From contig JBDRHP010000020.1 of NCBI GenBank assembly GCA_043816785.1, positions 1-64,000 of the forward strand: a DNA stretch of 64,000 nt. The letters are read 5' to 3'. The position numbers and the translations under genes are program-made. Origin of the DNA: Candidatus Margulisiibacteriota bacterium (GTDB taxonomy: Bacteria; Margulisbacteria; WOR-1; O2-12-FULL-45-9). Under the pieces are notes generated by a model. The model saw only the letters and a list, made by a program, of their open reading frames with translations, did not search any database and had not been told where the DNA came from. Shown here in pieces: positions 58,063-64,000 of this stretch (positions within the stretch are counted from its first letter, which is position 1; each line of letters begins with the position of its first letter).

Positions 58063-59390
58063 CCCTCTCCTGGCCTCCTGATCGGGACATTATCTTTGTC
58101 GCCGTACAGTTTGTACGAGCTTGTGATTTCTTCTTCAGAGATCTTTTGGCCATCCTTGTCGTAGACTGTGCGCATAACAGAGGTTTTAAAGGGGATATCA
58201 AGAGCAATTACTTTCTTCAAAGAAACTGGCTCGTATTCCCCGCCCCGGGTTTTACTCAGAATTTCTAATTTGCTGAACGTGACTTTTTTGCCCGTGGGTG
58301 TACCGTAAATCCTGAAGGAAAGCTTCTTGTTATTAGCCACTGCCTTGATCAAAATAGGATATTTTGTGTTGTTTTCAAACTTAAAGTCAAGCTGGCCTGG
58401 ATAAACAGCCGCGTCCCGGCCCAGGGGATAAATATTAAAATAGAAAGAATGGTTTCTCCGCTGCAAGACCTTAAGATCGGCCAGCGAAGCCGCATTAAAT
58501 AAAGTGGTGGCTATTTGACAGGCGCCGCCGCCCAGAGTAGGCACTAATTCGCCACCGAGAATAACCAGGGCTTCTTTAAAACCCCGCTCCTCTGTAACCT
58601 CGCCCAGAGTATCGGCCACCGAGAGAATATCTCCCGGCATCATCAGCGTGCCGTCGAGCCAAGAAGCGACTAATTTTATATTATGAATACGATTGGGATT
58701 ATCGTGTGAACCATAATAGGTGGTGTAAGCGGACAGCTGGTAAGCAGGCGGATGTTCTCTCAGCTCTTTTTCTGTGACCTTAGGACGGGAATAATCAATC
58801 ACCAAGGGAATAACCTTTTCGCCGTTATACAGCCGAACCTTAAACCTGACAATGCTTCTTTTGAGGTTCAATGTTCTGCCGGGGTCATCCGACTTAATGT
58901 TGAAACCGCCGGTTTTTTCGTAATAGGTTATGGCGGCGTCTTTGGGGGTTGAACGGATTTCTTCCGCTAACGCCTCAAGGATCGCTATGAGCTGGTCATC
59001 ATCAATGCCAAGGATCAGCGGGCTGTTGATCTGGCCATCACTGATCCGGGACCTAAGCTGTTCAAAATAGTTGCCCTTGTGAGTTAAAGCAAAAGCCTTG
59101 TCCACGGTCTCAGAATAAAGAATGAAGACGCCAAGCTTGTCAGGCGGGAAAGAGAATTTTTTTTGGTCAGTCTCCAGGGTTATGAAGGGCGCAAAAATCT
59201 TATCCAGGGATTGTTTTTTAAGTTTATTTATAGCCTGCTCTTGGCTGAGCAGTGAAACCTCAACGCCGGAAATGCGGGTGCCGGGCGGAAAGGCATCTCG
59301 TGTCCGGAGATAATCATAGGTAACGAGCGAGGTGGCTGCCAGCAGCAGGCCGACGGCAAAAACCCAGAGTATTTTGAGCATCGTCCTCAT
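58059..59390 (-). CDS. VanW-domain protein with peptidoglycan-binding region (YoaR-like)
   Basis: NRIHNI, GGGACQIATTLFNA, RRNHS and GRDAAV..DFKFEN motifs. Confidence 0.88.
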   Translation of the reverse strand: MRTMLKILWVFAVGLLLAATSLVTYDYLRTRDAFPPGTRISGVEVSLLSQEQAINKLKKQSLDKIFAPFITLETDQKKFSFPPDKLGVFILYSETVDKAFALTHKGNYFEQLRSRISDGQINSPLILGIDDDQLIAILEALAEEIRSTPKDAAITYYEKTGGFNIKSDDPGRTLNLKRSIVRFKVRLYNGEKVIPLVIDYSRPKVTEKELREHPPAYQLSAYTTYYGSHDNPNRIHNIKLVASWLDGTLMMPGDILSVADTLGEVTEERGFKEALVILGGELVPTLGGGACQIATTLFNAASLADLKVLQRRNHSFYFNIYPLGRDAAVYPGQLDFKFENNTKYPILIKAVANNKKLSFRIYGTPTGKKVTFSKLEILSKTRGGEYEPVSLKKVIALDIPFKTSVMRTVYDKDGQKISEEEITSSYKLYGDKDNVPIRRPGEG

Positions 59391-59409
59391 AGGATTTAAT
59401 TATATAACA

Positions 59410-59437
59410 AAGAAGTCCCGAATGCTCGGGACTTCTT
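59410..59437 (-). terminator. tuf terminator hairpin
   Basis: aagaagtcccga-atgc-tcgggacttctt. Confidence 0.82.
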
Positions 59438-59462
59438 GTAAATACAGCTAAAAGAGAATTAA

Positions 59463-60662
59463 TTACTCGGTGATTTTAGAGACGGCTCCGGCGCCGACGG
59501 TCCGGCCGCCTTCGCGGATAGCGAAGCGCAGGCCTTCCTCGATCGCCACGTCGGCGATCAGTTCAACGCCCATATTGATGTTGTCGCCTGGCATGACCAT
59601 TTCTACTTTATCCGGCAGCTTGATCTCGCCAGTCACGTCAGTGGTCCGGATAAAGAACTGCGGTTTGTAGCCAGGGAAGAACGGCGTGTGTCGGCCGCCT
59701 TCTTCTTTGGTCAAAACGTAAACCTGGGCTTCGAACTTTTTGTGAGGTTTAATTGAGCCGGGTTTGGCCAAAACCTGACCGCGCGTCAATTCCTCTTTTT
59801 CCACTCCGCGCAGCAGTAAACCGACGTTGTCTCCGGCCTGTCCCTCGTCCAGGGTTTTGCGGAACATTTCTACGCCGGTAACAATCGCCTTCTTGTGGGC
59901 GCCCAGGCCAATCAGCTCGACTTCTTCACCGGTTTTGACAACGCCGCGCTCAATTCGGCCCGTGCCGACCGTGCCGCGACCGGTGATGGTGAAAACGTCT
60001 TCAACTGACATTAGGAATGGCTTGTCTAAAGGCCTTTGCGGGGTGGGGATGAAGTTGTCAACCGCGTCCAGCAATTCCTGAATGCACTTGCAATTTGGGC
60101 AGTCGGCTTTGCCGCAGCCGCATTCCATGGCCTTAAGGGCTGAGCCCTTGATGATCGGGATGGTATCGCCCGGGTAGTCATATTTATTGAGCAGGTCACG
60201 GGTCTCAACCTCAACCAGCTCAACCAGCTCTTTATCATCAACCATGTCGACCTTGTTCAAAAACACGACCATCGCTGGCACGTTAACCTGTCTCGCCAGT
60301 AGAATGTGTTCGCGGGTCTGGGGCATTGGGCCGTCAGCCGCGGAAACGACCAGGATCGCGCCGTCCATCTGGGCTGCGCCGATAACCATGTTCTTAACGT
60401 AATCAGCGTGGCCTGGACAATCGATGTGGGCATAGTGTCTCTTATCGGTTTCGTATTCAACGTGGGCGATAGCGATAGTAATGCCGCGCGCTTTTTCTTC
60501 CGGTGCCGCGTCGATCTCATCAAAGGCCTTAGCTTTGGCCTGACCTTTTCCTGCCAGATATTTGGTGATCGCTGATGTTAAGGTAGTTTTTCCGTGGTCA
60601 ACGTGTCCGATCGTTCCTACGTTTACGTGTGGTTTCTTTCTCTCAAATTTTTCCCTTGCCAT
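59463..60662 (-). CDS. tuf: Elongation factor Tu
   Basis: [17 protein letters not shown] and NKVD motifs. Confidence 0.99.
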   Translation of the reverse strand: MAREKFERKKPHVNVGTIGHVDHGKTTLTSAITKYLAGKGQAKAKAFDEIDAAPEEKARGITIAIAHVEYETDKRHYAHIDCPGHADYVKNMVIGAAQMDGAILVVSAADGPMPQTREHILLARQVNVPAMVVFLNKVDMVDDKELVELVEVETRDLLNKYDYPGDTIPIIKGSALKAMECGCGKADCPNCKCIQELLDAVDNFIPTPQRPLDKPFLMSVEDVFTITGRGTVGTGRIERGVVKTGEEVELIGLGAHKKAIVTGVEMFRKTLDEGQAGDNVGLLLRGVEKEELTRGQVLAKPGSIKPHKKFEAQVYVLTKEEGGRHTPFFPGYKPQFFIRTTDVTGEIKLPDKVEMVMPGDNINMGVELIADVAIEEGLRFAIREGGRTVGAGAVSKITE

Positions 60663-60717
60663 ATTTATTACCTCCTGAAAATTTTCCTTTCCGACCGTTT
60701 AATTTAGCGGAGTGTAT

Positions 60718-60747
60718 ATTATACAGTCCGAAAGCTATATTTGTCAA
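60718..60747 (-). promoter_or_regulatory. Sigma-70 promoter of tuf
   Basis: Minus strand TTGACA-N18-TATAAT. Confidence 0.8.
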
Positions 60748-60754
60748 CTGGATA

Positions 60755-60827
60755 AGCCCGCGGCCGGAATTGAACCGGCGACCTCATCCTTACCATGGAT
60801 GCGCTCTACCAACTGAGCTACACGGGC
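60755..60827 (-). tRNA. tRNA-Thr(GGT), CCA not encoded
   Basis: gcccgtgtagctcagttggtagagcgcatcc-at-GGT-aa-ggatg...ggttcaattccggccgcgggct forms a cloverleaf. Confidence 0.96.
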
Positions 60828-60830
60828 TGG

Positions 60831-60870
60831 TCAGAATATCAGTATATCAGAAGACCAGAGTATCAGACAA
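60831..60870. repeat. Degenerate 8-bp tandem repeat (TCAGAATA-like)
   Basis: tcagaata tcagtata tcagaaga ccagagta tcagacaa. Confidence 0.7.
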
Positions 60871-60882
60871 GAGTTTTTTAAT

Positions 60883-60918
60883 GAAATTTATTGAAAAAAG
60901 TGACTCTATATATACTAG
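60883..60918 (+). promoter_or_regulatory. Sigma-28-like promoter motif, copy 6 (variant)
   Basis: GAAA-tttattgaaaaaagtga(17)-CTCTATATATACTAG. Confidence 0.55.
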
Positions 60919-60959
60919 AGCGCGTTTAAGAAGATCGACATTGATCGAAGGAGGAAAAA

Positions 60960-61358
60960 ATGACTGGAGTTTTTGCAAGAATGAGCGCCCTAATGATCCA
61001 AGCAGGTCCGCAAGAGAAAGCCCTTGTTCGCCGACCCCAACAACGCCCTGTTCCCCAACAAGATCGGGCTGCCCAATTTTTAAACGTTGTCAGGGAGCGA
61101 GCGAGGCAGATGCGAAAGGCCTCCTTTCTTGAGATGGTCCCGGAACAATACCGGCAGGCTGTCATCCACATGGCGGATGCCGCTTTCGATGAAAGAGGTC
61201 TTACTGGGGATCGGGCTGATTTTAGGGAAGAAATGGCTTTATGCTGGTTGGCTCAAAGAGAAGCATTTGACACAATGAGCCGTGAAGCTGGTTTTAGGCA
61301 GGTCAATTATGTTTCCGTGTCTCAAGCAGAGGGGCTTCTCGGCCTTACTATGACATGA
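60960..61358 (+). CDS. Orphan hypothetical protein
   Basis: 132-aa ORF with strong SD AAGGAGG. Confidence 0.7.
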   Translation: MTGVFARMSALMIQAGPQEKALVRRPQQRPVPQQDRAAQFLNVVRERARQMRKASFLEMVPEQYRQAVIHMADAAFDERGLTGDRADFREEMALCWLAQREAFDTMSREAGFRQVNYVSVSQAEGLLGLTMT

Positions 61359-61437
61359 GAAGGACCTTGAATACGATTGGACAGACAATGTTTGTTCATG
61401 CGGAAGCTCCACGCAAGGGAAACCGCCTGCCTGAAGA

Positions 61438-61950
61438 CTAAATAAAATCGCTCTTTTTGAGGATTGGATCAAAATCGTAATTTTTTAAGGCCTCAGCTGC
61501 GCCTTCATTGCGATCAACCACAGAGATCACTTTAACGACCTTTGCGCCAGCTGCTTCTGCCGCCTCGATCGCTTGCTTGGCTGAAGCTCCGGTTGTGGCC
61601 ACATCCTCAACAATCACGACATTCCACCCTTTTTGAATTATCCCTTCGATCTTTTGCTGAGTGCCGTGCTCCTTGGCTTTTTTTCTGACGATGAAGCCGG
61701 GGATATCGCTTAGGGTTACGACAGCTGCGGTAATTGGATCAGCGCCGAGGGTTAGGCCGCCGATGGCATCGACTTTTAAGCCTTTGATCTTATCAAGAAT
61801 GATCTTGCCGATCAGTTTAGCGCCTTTAGGATGAAGCGTCACCCTGCGGCAATCAACATAAAAGTTGCTTTTCTTGCCTGAGGAAAGAGTAAATTCCCCG
61901 GTTTTCACCGCGCCTGTGTCTTTTAATAATTTTTTAAGCTCTTCGATCAT
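61438..61950 (-). CDS. pyrE: Orotate phosphoribosyltransferase
   Basis: FTLSSGKKSNFYVD, RKKAKEHG and VEDVATTGAS motifs. Confidence 0.96.
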   Translation of the reverse strand: MIEELKKLLKDTGAVKTGEFTLSSGKKSNFYVDCRRVTLHPKGAKLIGKIILDKIKGLKVDAIGGLTLGADPITAAVVTLSDIPGFIVRKKAKEHGTQQKIEGIIQKGWNVVIVEDVATTGASAKQAIEAAEAAGAKVVKVISVVDRNEGAAEALKNYDFDPILKKSDFI

Positions 61951-62696
61951 GCTTTTCCAGAGAACTTTTCAAAGGCGCGCAGGACCTCCAACGGCATGGC
62001 GAAAATGACAGTATTGGACTGGTCTGAGCTCAAGTCGTTGATCGATTGAAGAGTGCGCAGATGCAGTGCGCCGGGAGACCCGGATAGAATATGGGCGGCT
62101 TTGGCCATATTGTCTGCGGCAATGACCTCGCCTTCAGCTTTGATAATAACTGCGCGTTTTTCTCTTTCAGCTTCCGCTTGCTTAGCCATGGTTCGCTTCA
62201 TTTCTTCCGGCAGCACAACGTCTTTTAAAGAGACATCAACAACTTTGATGCCCCAGGGATCAGAAGCCTGATCAATAATCTCTTGGAGCTTGTTGGCCAG
62301 CGTTTCTCTCTGGGTCAAGAGATCATCAAGCGAAACCTCGCCGACAATATTGCGCATGGTGGTTTGGGCCAGCTGAGACATGGCGTAGTAGAAATTTTCA
62401 ACTTCGAGCACTGCTTTTTCCGCAGAGGCTACTTTATAATAAATAACAGCGTTGATCCGGACCGAGATGTTGTCGCGGGTCATGGCTTCCTGGTCCGGCA
62501 CGTCAACCGCTTTGACGCGGATATCAACTCGGGCGTAACCTTCTATAACCGGAATAATGATCTGCCAGCCGGGGTTCATAATGCCGACAAATTTCCCAAA
62601 GCGGAACTTGAGGCCTCTTTCATATTGGTTGATCTGCTTAATGGATAGGAACAAAAAGACAATAATAAAGGGGAGCAGAGAAATAATTGAAAACAT
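61947..62696 (-). CDS. SPFH/stomatin (slipin) family protein
   Basis: YERG, TRDN, AQTTMR, WGIKV and AEAEREKRA motifs. Confidence 0.93.
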   Translation of the reverse strand: MFSIISLLPFIIVFLFLSIKQINQYERGLKFRFGKFVGIMNPGWQIIIPVIEGYARVDIRVKAVDVPDQEAMTRDNISVRINAVIYYKVASAEKAVLEVENFYYAMSQLAQTTMRNIVGEVSLDDLLTQRETLANKLQEIIDQASDPWGIKVVDVSLKDVVLPEEMKRTMAKQAEAEREKRAVIIKAEGEVIAADNMAKAAHILSGSPGALHLRTLQSINDLSSDQSNTVIFAMPLEVLRAFEKFSGKA

Positions 62697-62730
62697 GGGC
62701 GTACCTCCTGAATTTGAGCTAATTTTACCA

Positions 62731-62773
62731 CAAAAAAAGAGCTCCTTCAACGCGGACGCGTAAAGGAGCCCTC
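62731..62773 (-). terminator. Rho-independent terminator
   Basis: Minus strand gagggctcctt...aaggagctc followed by ttttttt. Confidence 0.75.
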
Positions 62774-62789
62774 AATAACCGGTTATTGA

Positions 62790-63029
62790 TTAAAGTTTAT
62801 CTTTGATTCTCTGAACTGCCCAACCCGTGGCCATGAAACCGAAGAGCAGGCTGTAAATTCCTGCGATTATGCCATAGATGCCTGACAGGGTGTTGCCAAG
62901 TAGGCCGACGATCAAGCCCAAAAGAGCAACTGCGATGCCGTTAGCGACCATAAGCAGGAAGCTCCTCCAGAAAACTGACCATCCCAGGCTCAGAGACTTA
63001 GTTGTAAAAATCTGCTTTAAAATATCCAT
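62790..63029 (-). CDS. Small membrane protein
   Basis: SD GGAGGT and two hydrophobic segments. Confidence 0.7.
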   Translation of the reverse strand: MDILKQIFTTKSLSLGWSVFWRSFLLMVANGIAVALLGLIVGLLGNTLSGIYGIIAGIYSLLFGFMATGWAVQRIKDKL

Positions 63030-63073
63030 TAAATATTTTCACCTCCCTTTTTTGTTGAATTTAAGCTGTTTGC

Positions 63074-63238
63074 TTAGTCTGCGACCAGGGCAAAAGTGAT
63101 GAGGCCGGCCAGGATTAAGGCGAAGCCAATGCCGCCCCGAATTAACACCAGGAGGTCTGCCCACCAGAGATAGATGGCCCAGGCGCCCAGGCCGATCAAA
63201 GCGAGGCCAATAAGAACCTTGATGATCTTTCCGACCAT
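63074..63238 (-). CDS. Small two-TM membrane protein
   Basis: SD GGGAGG; MVGKIIKVLIGLALIGLG...; TTGCAC-N17-TATAAT upstream. Confidence 0.7.
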   Translation of the reverse strand: MVGKIIKVLIGLALIGLGAWAIYLWWADLLVLIRGGIGFALILAGLITFALVAD

Positions 63239-63306
63239 AAAAAAATCCTCCCTTTCCAATAGGTTGGGAGGATTATAGCAAGCCAGCTAGGGGCGTGCAA
63301 GCAGTA

Positions 63307-63636
63307 TTATTCTTTTAAGAGCGTGGCAACCTCAGAAGCCTCTTCTTGCCGCTGGGAGCGGATATCTGACACAGGGATGTGGGTCCAGCCAACAAAGGTG
63401 TAGCTGAACGGGCCAACGCCATAGGAGATCTTTACTTTATACCAGTTGCCGTCCTCGGAAATGTCCAACAGGACAACCTCAACCGGGATTTCATAGATCT
63501 GATTTGAGCCATCAAGCGGGGCTGAATAGAGCTTTTTGACCGGGATGTTCAGATTATCCTCACTGGCTGTAGCCAGGGCCGCCAGGCCAGCTAAGAAAAC
63601 TAATAGTAATAAAGAAACGGTAATCCATTTTTTCAT
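63307..63636 (-). CDS. Secreted SH3-like protein
   Basis: Signal peptide; LLDISEDGNWYKVKI...FVGW pattern. Confidence 0.65.
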   Translation of the reverse strand: MKKWITVSLLLLVFLAGLAALATASEDNLNIPVKKLYSAPLDGSNQIYEIPVEVVLLDISEDGNWYKVKISYGVGPFSYTFVGWTHIPVSDIRSQRQEEASEVATLLKE

Positions 63637-63656
63637 TGGTTGCTCACCTTGTCCTT

Positions 63657-63692
63657 CTACTATATATATCGTATTGATATGAGGACAACTTG
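63657..63692 (-). promoter_or_regulatory. Sigma-28-like promoter motif, copy 7
   Basis: Minus strand: CAAG-ttgtcctcatatcaata(17)-CGATATATATAGTAG. Confidence 0.72.
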
Positions 63693-63746
63693 CATGTTTT
63701 TGCTTAGAAAAGCCTTTGTTGTGAGGTTATTCAGGGATTGTTTAAG

Positions 63747-63854
63747 AAGATCAGATGACCAGATTATCAGAACTGGAATATCAGATTATTGGATTATCAG
63801 ATACTCTGATTTTCTGATAATCCAGCTCTGGTCTTCCGATATTCTGATGATCTT
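63747..63854. repeat. Inverted pair of ~8-bp TCAGA-unit repeat arrays
   Basis: tcagatga ccagatta tcaga... on the left and tctgat tttctgat aatccag...tctgatgatctt on the right. Confidence 0.7.
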
Positions 63855-63860
63855 ACACGG

Positions 63861-64000
63861 TTAGAATTTTATAAGCTCCTTTAACTGCTTCTTGGCTTCT
63901 TCTTTAGCCTTTTCTTTTTCTTCTTCAATTTTCTTTTGGGCCTCTTGCTCTAGCCGCTGTTTTTCTTCGTCAACCTTCTTTTGTGCGGCCTGCTCAATCT
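63861..64000 (-). CDS. C-terminus of a charged coiled-coil protein (partial)
   Basis: ...EEKQRLEQEAQKKIEEEKEKAKEEAKKQLKELIKF*. Confidence 0.65.
   Translation of the reverse strand, partial: IEQAAQKKVDEEKQRLEQEAQKKIEEEKEKAKEEAKKQLKELIKF

Noticed and set aside
58059..59390. VanW as vancomycin resistance
   Set aside because: No vanHAX or vanRS genes are present, and stand-alone VanW-domain proteins are common.
60755..61437. tRNA-Thr as an integration site for the adjacent orphan
   Set aside because: The orphan is on the tRNA 5' side, and I saw no duplicated tRNA 3' end and no integrase.
63747..63854. Repeat tracts as a CRISPR array
   Set aside because: The units are 7-8 bp and degenerate, with no unique spacers and no cas genes.
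63640..63864. 74-aa ORF with IIR/SD repeats
   Set aside because: It is a translation of the 8-bp repeat tract and the promoter motif, with no SD.
1..64000. Many 60-190 aa ORFs in the track that overlap identified genes, e.g. 40693-41250, 42936-43511 and 56804-57358
   Set aside because: They are antisense or alternate-frame shadows of well-supported housekeeping genes and show no motifs.

Overview
Chromosomal origin region of a diderm bacterium with Terrabacteria-like features: lipid A genes, a Bacillus-type oriC, parS sites and a jag-mnmE operon. The gene set suggests Ca. Saganbacteria/Margulisbacteria (WOR-1), which is inference only. Most of the window is housekeeping: purE, aroE, miaA, hisD/hisC, rpsF-ssb-ssb-rpsR-rplI, pyrH-frr-uppS-cdsA-nadC, gcvT/H/PA, dnaA-dnaN-gyrB-gyrA, rpmH-rnpA-yidD-yidC-jag-mnmE, an lpx cluster, tuf and tRNA-Thr. 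The main unexplained signal is one bipartite motif, (G/C)AA(A/G)-N17-CGATATATATAG(TA), with sigma-28/FliA-like geometry. It recurs 7 times with invariant spacing, always just upstream of a non-housekeeping gene: a GH16 hydrolase, an HExxH/EF-hand protein, a kinase/SelO-like protein, an SH3-like protein, a Cys-rich small protein and two unknowns. These genes are scattered between housekeeping operons, mostly antisense to them, which suggests a dispersed alternative-sigma regulon of effector-like cassettes. One locus keeps a recombination scar, a diverged duplicate of the gcvT 5' end, suggesting how such cassettes stack. Other notable items are a GxxExxY nuclease gene inside ~78-bp inverted repeats, a FabZ-LpxA fusion with GnnA/GnnB-like neighbours, tandem ssb genes, in-frame heptamer repeat insertions and many short-leader promoters. 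No CRISPR array, rRNA or prophage was seen.
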